Positions 10,435-22,508 of a stretch of 64,000 bases of DNA are shown here, piece after piece. The notes beneath the pieces were generated by a model. That model saw only the letters and a list, made by a program, of their open reading frames with translations. It had not been told where the DNA came from and searched no databases. Position numbers and translations under genes: made by a program. This DNA is from Rhodosorus marinus CCMP1338 (lineage: Eukaryota > Plantae > Rhodophyta): contig JAMWBK010000003.1 in NCBI GenBank assembly GCA_029953675.1, positions 2,542,001 through 2,606,000 of the forward strand. Direction: 5' to 3'. How positions within the stretch are numbered: position 1 is the stretch's first letter; every line of letters begins with the position of its first letter.

Positions 10435-12611
10435 TCATCGGTGCTCGAAGACTGCTCGAACTATTTGGTCCTGTCTCCGTCCGCCTTGTTTGAGGAGGCC
10501 AATGTACTCCATGTCGGAACAGGTTCGGACAAAGCGACCGTTAATCTCGGCTTCAGTATGTCCCGATCGTTCCAGCTCTATTGAAAACGCAGACAGCCAG
10601 TCCTGAAGTCCCAAGATTTTCCCTGAAGTTGATAACACGTCGTAAGCGACGCTCATTTCTGAATCCTCAACTCCATACTCGCTTGGGTTTCGTAGAGCGT
10701 CGACACTCAGCTGCCGTGGTTGTAGTGAGTCAACTCCAAGATATCTGCGCACGGAACTCACGCACGTCAATGCCACCAATTCGTGAAGGGGAAGTTTTTC
10801 AATCGGGGATAGCAGGTGAGCCATTGACTCTAGGATGTCGCAGACCATCAGTCTTCCATACTTCAGTTCGTCCTTAACAAGCGTCTGCTCCTCTCTCTGT
10901 TGATCCTTGATGAACCGATTTAGCTTCTCCATTCTTCGGGATCGGGCGGAAATTCCTCCGTGCACCGCCGTCTTCGGAATTTTGGTTTTCGGACCACTCC
11001 TATCATCAGTTTCTAACCGGGTCTTCGCTTTCAGTAGAGCCTCCTGCTCACCATTAAGCACCTTTGCTGCCTCTTCAACCATCAACAACACATTTTCGAC
11101 TGACTTAAACTCAAAAACTCTGTACCGAGACTTTACTCCTTTCAGCTCCCTTTTCCAGTGCGAAAGCATTAGAGAGAGGAATTCATGATCTCTCGTTCTG
11201 ACCCGTCGACACCGAGATTCCGCGGAGGAGTTGGTGGAGAAGGAACTGGACAAGGCATCCTCATACACTCTTTGATGAGCTCGCTCAACTAGGTCAAGTT
11301 GCCCTGGATTGTCAGTCGAAGCGAGGGCGAAACATCTCTCCAATACATTCTTGCTTAGACGATGTTCAAGGAGCTCCCTCGCCCATTCAACCACCTTCGC
11401 AATGAACAATGCCTCGCTTGTCGATGAACTGCTTTTCTCCACTGATTTATCCGAGGCACCGACCGAGTTGAGCTCCATGAGCTGCGACATCGGGACATGT
11501 GCAAGAACTGCCAGAAGCTGCTTCTTCCACTGTTGAAACGTGGTTTTCGACTTCGGCAGTTGCGAAAGAAATTGCTTGAGGTTCTTAAGGTCGTCGGTGT
11601 AGTGCGAAAGGAACGCCATGCGCAGTCCACGGACAAATCCGCCCAGGGTGGCATCTCGTGCCTCCAGGTCGTCCATGAGTTGGAAATAGATTCCAGCGGT
11701 GAGTTCAGGGCCAGCTCTCCTTGGAATGACAACCTACTCATCGAGCCAGTCACAACGATCCGCGGTCCGAAAAAGGCAGAGTTGAGGCACAAAATTTGGC
11801 GTGTCTTGCATGTTGAAGGCTGTTGTCCATTGGGTCGACAGTGCGTACCTCGGCTATGATCATATTGATGCAAGTGCTCGTGTGGGGTAGGTGGTGTGCC
11901 CTCACATCCACCATCGTGCTCTCTCTCGTTCCTAGACGCTCGAAGAGAACATCTTGCGTGCCATATGTACACAGTACTAGACCTCGGCAGTCTATATTGC
12001 CAATGTCCGAAACAGTACCAGGGCGACCATGAGGAGCACAACGCAGGACGAAGAGCAGATATATCAGATCGCGGAGGAGGTCAGGTTGGAATTTCTCCAC
12101 GTCCAGGAAGCAAACAACAACTTTTCCAAGTTTCCCGGTTTGCTTGGCATCTTCGTCTCCTACAAGAGCCTTGTGAACCAAAGCTTGCGTTCGGTGGACA
12201 TCGGCCTCAAGCATAACTAGTCTGGGACAATGTGGGGCACGATCAAGCGATTTCAAAGCGTGCGCGTAGGCAGTTCGACGATGAAAATCACCTGCCCCGT
12301 GCTTCAGCAATAGCACGTTTGTAGGAATCGGATCTGCGTGCCGTAAAATTCAGAGTCTCACCCTCAGCTATGATGGATGTTCTCATGTGAAACTATCGTT
12401 CGTGCGCACCGTTCGATTGCTGGGTACCGCTGCTTTTATTTCCATCCAGGACTCCAATAGTGAAACTGTCCAAGCATGGCTTCCACGTGCTCTCAAGCGT
12501 ACGATTAATCCCATCCGAAAATCTCTTCCACTGAGCTTCAAAGACAGTTTGCGTTGGCCGCTTATTCCCACCTCTTCCCAGTGTGAACACTGACTCTGAG
12601 ATAAGATCCAT
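10435..12611 (-). CDS. ORC3: Origin recognition complex subunit 3
   Basis: Spliced from ORFs 12393..12803, 11750..12316 and 10435..11676. Motifs DPIPTNVLLL, VVCFLDVEKFQPDLLRDLI and C-terminal EINGRFVRTCSDMEYIGLLK…IVRAVF resemble ORC3. Start taken at ATG 12611. Confidence 0.85.
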
Positions 12612-12829
12612 ACGATCTGCGTTGGCAAGAAACTCGCTTCCCGCGAGTGCGATTATCAGTCCATACCTAGCTCTCCTTGGATTCGAATGCGATACAACCT
12701 TCTTCGGGTTCAACGAGGTACTGGCGGCATACCAACTCGAAGCCCCAGTGGTAAGCCGAGTTCGGGTCAGCCTTGATTCACTGTTGTTTTCAGTCCTGCA
12801 CACAATATCACCTGCTCCAACAGTTGTTC

Positions 12830-13197
12830 AAAGGGGTGGCGGGAGCAACGATAATCTTGGAACGGCAGACTGTGAGCTGCTACTAACTGACTATTTCTGG
12901 TAAGTTCGTCATTGCGCTCACGCTCTGCGATAGCTGCCGCGAGCGTTTGTGGTTCTTCGCTTTGAGAGGCATCGAGGAGTTGAAGACTACGGGAAAACGG
13001 TCACCGCGTTGATTGCGGAGTGGGGCTTTGACGACGCAAAGTCAGACGCATCGATCGTTACAGGAGTGCTCTCGCGCTGACCCTGCTCTGCCTTATAGCG
13101 CTTTGCAGTTATAGACAATCAGTTCAATGTTGACGAACCTCTTTCCAGGATTTCCGGGCGATGGCTTTGGGATCTGCGCTCCAGTGCTCCAAAATAA
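12830..13197 (+). CDS. Possible small intron-split orphan gene divergent from ORC3
   Basis: GTAAG donor near 12900 and open exon-like blocks ERHRGVEDYGKTVTALIAEWGFDDAK and IDNQFNVDEPLSRISGRWLWDLRSSAPK*. Start codon not resolved. Confidence 0.25.
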
Positions 13198-14117
13198 GCA
13201 CTATTGTATCAAAACTAGCACAATGGAGTTTTAAAAAAGCTAAAAACATGGAGTACTTCCATTGTACCTATCCAAATCTAGATACAATTATCTAGTTCTA
13301 GTTAGGAAGCCCGCAACCCAGTCAACCCAATACCGTTTTCCTGTACCGTATTTCACCAACTTGCCGGGAAATGATTTGAGACGAGACATTTTCTTAATTT
13401 TTAAACAATCCCTAAATCGTCAGAAATTATTGGGAAACCATTCCCGTCTTCCAGGAATTTTCTCTTTAAATCAAAGATCTTGGTATTTTTAAATTATTAA
13501 ACAGGAAAAAGTTTCCAAGCCTTTTAAAATCCCAGCGAACGAGGAGAGATTTTTTTCTTGGTTTTGCTTTCTTTAAGAACTTCTTGCCTCCTGGGTAAGA
13601 GTGTGTAGACAAAGGCGGGGAGGGGTGGTATCCAGATAGAATGTTGCGCTGATTTAAAACCCAAGAATGCAGGGGGTGAGAGGTACTGCGCCTTGTTTTT
13701 TCAAGATACTAATTAGTTGGAATAATTTGATATATATTTTGAACTCTTCAGAAAAAGAATGGGTTGGGAAAAAAGGTTTTCAGGTGGATCCTTGTCCAAA
13801 GGGTTCCTTTTCCCGAAGTGGTAGAGGCTTCTTATTTCAGGTTTGAATTGGGGGTTGGTGAGCTTCTTTTCAGGATGGACGAAGCCGGTTAGGGGTGGGA
13901 TGTTGATTTAGGAGGTTGGAGGCGGGAGAGTTTTGCTCACTTTTGCTGTGGGGTCTGGACCGTGGTTCCGGGAGGAGAGAAGGGGTGGGAGGGGGGTGAG
14001 GGGGGTTTGATGAGGAGTTCTGGATTGTACTTTTAAGCTGGCGAGGAAGGGGAGGAGTTGGTTTGGGGTGGGGTTGTCGGAGGTTGTTGGTAGTTTTTTC
14101 CCTACCGAACAGACGTG

Positions 14118-17100
14118 ATGATTGGGTTTCAGTTTGTTGCGGGCCGGGGTGTGTTGGGGAGGGACGTGAGATGGAAGACCTGCGATCGTGAATATGGACG
14201 GGCAAGGTTTTTCGAGAGGAAAGATCAGGCTGTTAGGTCGTTCGGATTTGAGCCAGTAAAATGTAGTTTGACCGCCGGGAGGACTGCGTATGCTGATGTC
14301 AAGCTGCCCGAAAATCCGAACCTGCGAAGGGGAACGTTGCCCAATGGCTTTGAGTACAACATCCTTCCGAATGACTCTCCATCTGGACGATTCGAAGCTC
14401 ACCTGGAGGTATTCGCTGGATCCACGGTTGAGGATGAGGATCAGCAGGGAATTGCTCACGTCGTGGAGCACGTAGCGTATATGGGCTCTGAGAAGAGGGA
14501 GAAGCTACTCAGCGGTACTGGGGCATCGACTAATGCTCATACGGATTTCCATCACACCGTTTTCTTTGCGGCATGCCCGACGTACATACCTCGAACTGGA
14601 AGGAGCTCAATGGTAATGGCCCTCGACGCCTTGCTCGATGTGATGGAGGCAAAAATTGAACCAGCTCGAGTGGAGAAGGAAAGAGCAGCGATTCTCTCAG
14701 AGATGCTGATGGTAGGTTCTATCAGTCATATTTCGGCGAGAACTTGTTCGGAAAACGGACTAGTGGATTGGGAGGCATTTGCATGGAAGGTAGAGATCGT
14801 AGTTGTTATTCAACTATGAAATGGAGACCGACATCGCAGCGCGAAAACTGAGTGTTGGGGCAGCACTGACACGGCGTGAACTCCGCGGACAGGCACAGCC
14901 TCTGTCTGCGTACAGACCTGGTCTGCACCTCCCGTCGTCATTTCAGATCGGATTGACTCCGTGGTGCTCGCCCTTGCTGATGCCTCTCACCCAGCCCGAG
15001 CTCCGCATTTGCTCGTACCCGCTAAGGACGATCCGAGGACGAGATCATTGCTCCCGTTTTCTCCACCGATTCTTTGTGGATGTTGCTCACCTGGTCCTGA
15101 TCTTTTTATGCTGTATTCCCAGGTAAACACCATCGAGTACAGGGTGGAGTGTCAGCTCCTGGCGTCCCTACATGCCGAGAACGTGATCCCTAACCGCTTT
15201 CCGATTGGTCTGGAGGAGCAGATAAAAGCATGGACTGCAGATGATGTAAAAAAGTTTCACCGCACCCACTATCGTCCTAACAACGCTGTCCTGTACGTTG
15301 CTGGTGACTTCGACAGCGTTGACAAAGTAGAGGAAGAGATTGTGAAGAAGTTCAGCAACCTCAAGAACTTTGCGATTGAGAAGGATGTTGCAAAAGGCAC
15401 GCTGAAGGAGACACGCTCTAGGCACTTCCCGGCCGTTGTTCACAACTGGAGCAACTTGATTACTCCGTTGGATGCCCCCACGGACGTTAGACTGTTTCGA
15501 CATGAGCTGCTGTCAAGTTTCAGCCTCCACGTTTACGCCAAAAATCCGTTGCAGGAGGTCAAGACAATGTCCAACTTTCGGTAAGTCACACGCACGGAAT
15601 TCCTGTATCCCACTGTTTGAAGTGTTGACCGCGGTCGTTTGCCATATCATGGGGGCCTCGGTGCTGTGTGAAATAGACGAAGCGTCCTTCGCAAGCTGGG
15701 CTACAGTGCGTTGCAAATTCGGCTTAACATGGCTGGAAGAAGCGAAGAACTGGCGGGAGATTGTCCCTTTTCCACAGTGGAGTTCCTGGATCAAGATTCT
15801 CCTCGCGAGGCCTGTGAAGTGCGAAGCTTGGACCTGACTGCAAAGCCTTCCTTGTGGCGAGTAGCAGTGCGTGTGGCGGTTAGAGAAATGCGTCGTTTTG
15901 CGCGGTACGGCTTGTCTGCACGGGAGTTTGAGAGATTGCGTGTGACGCTGCTGAATATGTCCCAACAGTCAATCATGCAACACGATATGGCTACGACCCC
16001 GGATCGTATCGAGGATCTCATGGAAGCAGTTGCTGCTGGGCATACTTACCTCACACCCGATGCTTACTACGAGCTCCTCGAGGAACAGGTCCTGGACATT
16101 TCTCTCGAAGAAATCAACGAACACATCAGGGACATGTGCTCACATTCTCTCTGGTTTGAGCCCAACAGCAACGCTCCTAGTCCGAATGCAATAGTTGCAT
16201 GCGCGCCAACTAGCATACCCGATCTCACCACGGAGGAGCTGATGAAGGCTCTGAAGGAAGCTGGCTCGGAACCAATAGAGCCGCCGCGTGACGTGGACGT
16301 GCCGCAGTCCCTCATGTCCCGAACAAGGATCATCATGCTTATGCAGGTAGGTTTGAACTGGCCTCAGTTTTTCTCCCCTGCTTGCGCGAGGATTGGAGGT
16401 GCTCACATCCTTCCGCATGTGCACGAAAAATCAACTCGTAGGACAAGAACGCTTCTTGGGTCTCAAGCAAGGTGAACTCTGCTCGAACGTTTATGCTGGG
16501 CAAGCTATTGAATGGAGTCACCGTGAACATGCTGAAATCTCCGAAGAAATCCGGACGCGCCTGCATGCGAGTTACTTGCCCAGGAGGTCGATCTGTGGAG
16601 GTGAACGCTCTTCAATCGGAACAGTCGGGAATCCCACACGGTGCGGTTCCTCTGGGTAGCGCTACCGTGCAGGAGGGGGGAGCTATCGGAGGTTGGAGCC
16701 GGGAACAGATAGAATTGTACTGCATCGACAACTTGGTCGAGGTCTATGCCCAGGTCGAGGAGGGAGCTATCCACTTCGACTTCATTTTCCCCTCCGAAAG
16801 GTTCCCGTCAGTTTTGCAGATTCTTCGAGGCTTGATGACGGACTTCAAGTGGGAAGCAGATGCCTTGGCAAGGGGCAGAGAATCACTGGAGCAACGCTGC
16901 AGAGAGGTTGAATCTTCGCTGGAGGAGCGAAGCAAGGCGGAACTGCTGAAGCTCATGACTGGCGGGGACCTCCGCTTCGCTACGCCGTCTGCGGAAGCGT
17001 TGCAATCGCTCACTCTGATGGAAGCAAAGAATGCCATGATTGCGCACTTGACTACTGCAGGAACTGAACTGTCGATTGTTGGAGATTTTGAGATGAATGA

Positions 17101-18255
17101 GGTTGCTGATCTAATCCGTACATATATTGGTTCAGTACCCGCTCGAACAAGCTCGATTCTGGATAGTTTACCACGTGCACTCACGTAAGCTTGACTGTCA
17201 TCTACCGCTATGAATTTGATTTTCAGATGGTTTCATGGACCTCTGCGTACTTGCGCCAGCCCTGACCCTGGAATCGTGCTGACTCCTTTTTTCTTCTCTA
17301 TTTCTGCAGGATTGAAGAGAATGGAAAGGATATTGAGGTAGAGATACCTGACACAGATGCGCGGTCAGTTGTTTACGTTGCTGGTAAAATGCCATCTGGA
17401 TGGGGCTACAACTCGGATGGAACTCATGCATTTTTGGAAAAGAACTCCTTCGGAAAAAGATCACCGAGGGACGTGCTGCTGACGGACACGAAGGCACGAA
17501 GAAACCACCCTCTATTCGCATACGTTGGATACGGTCTTTTGCGTGAGGTTTTGACAAGGCGAATGTTCTCAGAGTTGAGGGAGGAGGCCAACCTTTCGTA
17601 CGAGGCTAACTTTAAGATAATTGGCTTCGACAACGTCAACGGAGGTTACTACCTCGCAACTGTGAGGATTTCCGCGCGTGACCCATACTTTCCCCACGGC
17701 TGCTGTTTCTGACTGTGTGCCTCTTTCGTTACTGCCGCTAGGCGACCGCCGCCCCGAAAAATGCGAAGAAGGCTCTGGGAGTGGTAAAGCGAACGCTCTC
17801 AGCGCTACGTGATGGAAAGTCGTCGATTACGTGGGCGAACTTGGAGAATGCTAGAAGATCAGTTACGGGACGATTTGAAGGGGGCATGGAAGGTGATGGA
17901 TACATTGTTCAGATGATGAGCGGTATGCAGCACCAGTCCAACCCGCTGAAGTCAGAGCAGCTCTTCGAGGATCTTCTTGCCGTCACCGACTCCGTGACGG
18001 TACGTCGCGTTGCACTTTCGTAACAATCTTTACAATGATCAACGTTGAGCGGCCTCCTGAACTGTGCACTACTTATTTTCTAACGGCCGCAATCGTCAGG
18101 TGGAGGATCTTAAGTTGTTGCTTTCGACTCTGGCGCTCGGGGATGATCAAATGTACTCCTGTATTGGAATCAGCGCTGGTGATCACGATCCGTCAGCGGA
18201 TGGTAGCCCGCCGAGGTCTCCCCCGCGGGGTGGTTCTACTGTGCTTAGGCACTAG
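14118..18255 (+). CDS. SPP: Plastid stromal processing peptidase (M16 metallopeptidase)
   Basis: Inverted zinc motif AHVVEHVAYMGS, RFEAHLEVFAGS and TNAHTDFHHTVF. Across intron 14712-15122 it reads ERAAILSEMLM|VNTIEYRVECQLL, collinear with plant SPP. Transit-peptide-like start MIGFQF. Multiple introns. Confidence 0.92.
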
Positions 18256-18437
18256 GACTCCTTTGCTGGTGACTTTCAATATGTCCCATCTCGAGGAGCT
18301 CTTATGTTTGCGAGCTTGAGCATGCTTTAAAATATTGTTTCCTCGTGTCGGGAGGGAGCTCTCACGCTTGGTGGGCAGCGCGCGCCGTGCGTTACCACGC
18401 TCTCGACAGAGCTAGAGGCGTGATTCGGACGATCGTT

Positions 18438-18760
18438 TTAGTGTACTCTATGTAGGAATTGTAGTAGCATTTTAGAGCTTTCCAAATCGCGACCAGACGG
18501 GAGTGCGCAGAAGTTGACTCGGATACCGTTCCCGGACGGGTCGGATGCGAATACTGACAATATAAATAAAAACTGAGAAACTCTGATATGAATTGGTAGC
18601 GCATCGTGAGCTGGAATCCGTTCTGCTGAGTTAAAGTGCGCCTGGGGCAGCACTCGGATTGACTGTCCTCTCATGAAACCGGTGAGTTCATGAGCTCTCC
18701 GGTTCTATCCAACAATATGAGGAGGACGTGGACATGTTGGGCAGACTTAATGAATTTGAA
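18438..18760 (-). CDS. Possible small orphan or VOC/glyoxalase-like protein
   Basis: ORF 18438..18674 contains VFASDPSGNGIRVNF, loosely like the VOC F-x-DPDGN motif. Weak. Confidence 0.2.
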
Positions 18761-19067
18761 AGCATTTTCGATATCGAGACTTGATGTTGGACTAACGTGA
18801 ATGTTGCCAAGCTCTCTCTAAAAACCCCCAACGGATTGATCAAAGAGCTACGCTAAGCTCAAAAGCCAGCGCAAGTGCACCCGCGGCTTGGGTTCAAACC
18901 TAAGTACAATTGGAGCATTTGTGGAAGTGAAGGCCTTGGAGTGCCTTGGAGTGCCGAACTGCGTGTCGGGAGTTCTGAGATAGTAGGACGAAGGCATCTT
19001 GGAAACTGGAGACTTGAAAAGGAGGGATCAAGGACAGTTTTCGTTCAGATGAGGAGAAAGAACAAGG

Positions 19068-20828
19068 ATGATGGGATTTGTACTAGCACAAGCTTGTAGC
19101 TTTGGCCGTGGAAAGCTGCTATTGAACAACCGATATGGTGGGATTTGTGTGCGAGCGAGTAAAGGGGCTGAAAGCTCTGAACCCGCGTTTGAGACGGTGA
19201 CTCAGCAGGCGATTGATGATATAAGAAGTATTGAGTTGGAGTGGCAAGGGGTGGATCCCCCCGGTTTAGAAGACGAGGAAGATATACCTTCGGTGGGTGC
19301 GGGTTGGGTAGACCAGAATGGAGACCCGCTGGAGGTCACGGACATTGAGGATGTTGAGAAGTTTTTCGACGAGCTGATGGCTGAAGAGGATGAGAACGAA
19401 GATGGGAGGAGAGCAGATTCTAGAAGCAACCACAACCCTTGGTGCCCCGTCGAGGCTGGGACTTGGAGGGTTGTCCATTTAGGCACCTCATCGGCAATGC
19501 CGACAAGGAAACGCAACGTATCATCGATCGCACTCACGTTCTCTCGTGGATCCGAGAAGAAACCTACTGTGATGATTCAAGATGCTGGTGAAGGTGCAGC
19601 TGGTCGACTACAATACGCGAAATGGTTCGACGACGAGCTACTCGGCTGCGTCAGGTACATCTGCATCACTCACGTCCATGGCGACCACATCTACGGCCTT
19701 CCGAATCTGTTAAGGATGGTCGGAAGCTATTATGCCAGAAGAAAGTTTTCCAACAGACATGAGAATCTCCGGAGCGACGAAGAAGAAGGCCAAGAAGATC
19801 CAGTCATCCAAATATTTGCTCCCTATGGGGTTAGAGGTTTCCTACGCGTAGCCACAAACATGATGACCGATGTAGGCGTCCGGTTCTCTGTGAGAGAGCT
19901 GGTCCCGAGGGAGGAAGATTTCCAGCATGTAGGGAGACGGGACCTCTGGAGACCAGGAACCGATGCGTTCTTCCTTGAAAGTGAAATAAGGAGAGGGTTC
20001 AGTGCTCAGACGTGGAGTCCCAGACGTGAAGGTGTACCACCAGCACATGAAAAGGAAGTTAAGATGGATGATATTCGAGCTTCCGACGATGGGAGTTGGA
20101 TTCTTGTCGATGACGAAGAGCTTAGAATATCTGCTGCTCCGTTGAAGCATCGGGTGCCTTGTTTTGGGTACGTCTACGAGAGTAAACCTGGTGTCAGTGA
20201 TGATTCCCAAGGTGATCAGGAGCTTGATATGGAGCTGGCTAGGAGTCTAGGGGTTAAAGGAAGGCAGTATTCAGTTTTGAGAGATGGGAGGCCAGTGACG
20301 GTGAAGAGCACTGGACTTGTTGTGACTCCGGAGGCGGTCATGAAGAGCAGTTCTCCTTCTTCTGCAGGGAAAGGTGGTCCTGGAAAAAAGATTGTCCTGC
20401 TCGGAGATACGTGCGACTCGAGCTTGGCGGTGGGTGTGGCAGATAAGGCGGATGTGCTCGTGCACGAGGCGACGTTCAGCTCGAAGCTAGCTGATAGAGC
20501 TCGTATCGCAATGCACTCGACGGGGACGATGGCAGGGGAGTTTGCTAAGAGGACCAGCGCGAAGTCGCTCGTCCTTACGCACTTCAGCAGTAGGTACGAG
20601 GCGTTTGTGACCAAGCCTGCAGAGGAATTGGCAGAGTCGTTGTCCAGTGCGGAAGCACGAGAGCTTGTGGACGTGCCAATTGATGAGCTTGAAGAAGAGG
20701 AGGAGGAAGAGATCGACGAAGGGGAGGAAGACTTTGTCTCTATAGAAGAGCTTGTGGCAGAGGCAAAAGACGCCTTTGGATCCAACGCAGTCACGGCCGC
20801 ATATGACTACTATGAATATAGCGTGTAG
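19068..20828 (+). CDS. Ribonuclease Z (tRNase Z, metallo-beta-lactamase), probably plastid-targeted
   Basis: Intronless 586 aa. HLGTSSAMPTRKRNVSS, ITHVHGDH (HxHxDH), LKHRVPCFGY, LLGDT, LVHEATF, MHST and LVLTHFSSRY. Starts MMGFV. Confidence 0.93.
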   Translation: MMGFVLAQACSFGRGKLLLNNRYGGICVRASKGAESSEPAFETVTQQAIDDIRSIELEWQGVDPPGLEDEEDIPSVGAGWVDQNGDPLEVTDIEDVEKFFDELMAEEDENEDGRRADSRSNHNPWCPVEAGTWRVVHLGTSSAMPTRKRNVSSIALTFSRGSEKKPTVMIQDAGEGAAGRLQYAKWFDDELLGCVRYICITHVHGDHIYGLPNLLRMVGSYYARRKFSNRHENLRSDEEEGQEDPVIQIFAPYGVRGFLRVATNMMTDVGVRFSVRELVPREEDFQHVGRRDLWRPGTDAFFLESEIRRGFSAQTWSPRREGVPPAHEKEVKMDDIRASDDGSWILVDDEELRISAAPLKHRVPCFGYVYESKPGVSDDSQGDQELDMELARSLGVKGRQYSVLRDGRPVTVKSTGLVVTPEAVMKSSSPSSAGKGGPGKKIVLLGDTCDSSLAVGVADKADVLVHEATFSSKLADRARIAMHSTGTMAGEFAKRTSAKSLVLTHFSSRYEAFVTKPAEELAESLSSAEARELVDVPIDELEEEEEEEIDEGEEDFVSIEELVAEAKDAFGSNAVTAAYDYYEYSV

Positions 20829-21073
20829 CTTGCACTGATTCGTGAGAAAGATCCTCAGACAAGTAGACCCGCTGACGTCGAAAGCGCAATCTTGCCGGAA
20901 GGGAAGTAATGTGGGTACACACTCGCTTGGGCTGGTTTAGCCTTCGCAGGCCTCAGAATGATCCTCGACTGTGGTCGGTATCCTTGTAGGACTGAATCGT
21001 GTGTCTGTTGAGATCTGGTATGACAACGTATGGAGACCTATTTAAGCAGCCGTACGTATGTATCGTAGATATA

Positions 21074-22080
21074 TTAAATGACTATGAATAGCGGGGCGCA
21101 TCGTGATACCGTACGATCCACTACTCCTCGTCTAGCAGAAAGAAATGCATCCGGCGTTGTGAACTCCGGCAGGCTCACGGCGGGCTGCAGTAACCAACAG
21201 AGCGAATCGTTCTCGCAAACATGCACGGGCCATTTGTAGCTTTTGAGCTGTGTTGGTGACCACTTTTCAATACGAGGAGTCCCAAAAAGCTGGTCCACGC
21301 CACTCCAATACCGTGGAACCATCCCGCCGGGTCATCCAGTCTGATCCGAGATAAGTCCAGCCTTGACAATCCAGTCAGCTTGATTTCAAAAACTCGCCTA
21401 ACAGACACGGAGAAGAATTAACCACAGAGGAAAGAATCAATCCACCAACTCGGCTTCCCGTGGCAGGTGCGGGCTCCGAAAAAGTCTGCCGAGACCATCC
21501 ACCATATACGCGGGGGACAGATCTGTTCGACCCAACAGCCTTCTTGATAATGCAGCTTCAGCCTCTTCCACTCTGCACGTTCTTTAGTCTCAGTTAAGAA
21601 CCTCTCCTGCTGATTTTCCGCATTGCATGTTGAGTAGCTAAAACCTCTAGTTCCTCTCCGACTAAATTCACCGACCAGAACAGTGGTCACTGAACTGGCT
21701 GCGCACTCTTGCGAGTTTTCCACAGGCTGCGCGATGTTCTTCCCACATCTGCGCAACGTCATGGTGCTGCCGCTGGTTCAATGCGAGGACTGAAGGAGTC
21801 TCAGTACGCTGAGGCGATGGCTCATCCAACCTTTCGGGACTCGTCGCATTCTCGGCGGTGGTTATTGCACCGCTGATCATGGATCCCCTTTCGTCTTTCC
21901 GGACAGTGTTCCTTCTCGCTGCCTTCGTCGAGTTTTTCGCGATGTAGTCTTACAGACCCCTCACGGAGCCTCCCTCTGACTCTCTGGCGTTCGAATGCCT
22001 GCTTTGTTGTTGTACGCGCATCATCGACGTCTCCACTTTACGCTCCTCAGCGTAGCTAGGCTCTGAACAAACTGATGAAC
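21074..22080 (-). CDS. Uncharacterised intron-containing gene (boundaries approximate)
   Basis: Several open exon-like blocks with splice-like ends (e.g. VEEAEAALSRRLLGRTDLSPAYMVDGLGRLFRSPHL; MVPRYWSGVDQLFGTPRIEKW). No family recognised. Confidence 0.3.
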
Positions 22081-22508
22081 AGAAGAGGATTCAGTTTCAG
22101 TGGAAAAGAGGTATTGGACTGACCCTCGTAGATACTGCAGATGAGCTCGGAAGACTTTGTTGTGAGAGCCGCAACTGCCTCATGAAGCTGAGCCGGTGGA
22201 TTCGGTTATCTTCCGTTAGAAACTTGGCCGTGTCTCAATTGGGGGCTTCCTTGAAATGATGCTGACCTGACCGTCGAGCCTGAAGTAAACCAGTAGACGT
22301 ACTAGTTTCCTGGGGGTGGTGGGTGTGTAGGGCGTTGGTTTGGGTGAGAGGAAGAAGGTAAAAGTTAAACGTTCAGATTTCCTTTATGGTATGAGTCACG
22401 TAGTTTGAAAGTGACGGTGAAGTTGTGCTGCTGTTGACTTGTATCTGGCCTTTTTTGTCATCTGGGGGTTTGGTTTAAGAACCGCCTGGGGATGGGGAGG
22501 TTGAAGTG

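Noticed and set aside
10238-10438. Small ORF overlapping the ORC3 stop (ATGA-type coupling)
   Set aside because: Translational coupling is not expected in a nuclear gene, and the peptide has no recognisable features. Probably 3' UTR.
16042-16051. ATACTTACCT, like the U1 snRNA 5' end
   Set aside because: It lies inside an SPP coding exon (HTYLT) and no U1 stem-loops or Sm site follow.
18845-18912. tRNA-like GGTTCAAAC T-loop
   Set aside because: The T-stem is mismatched and no acceptor or anticodon stem could be formed.
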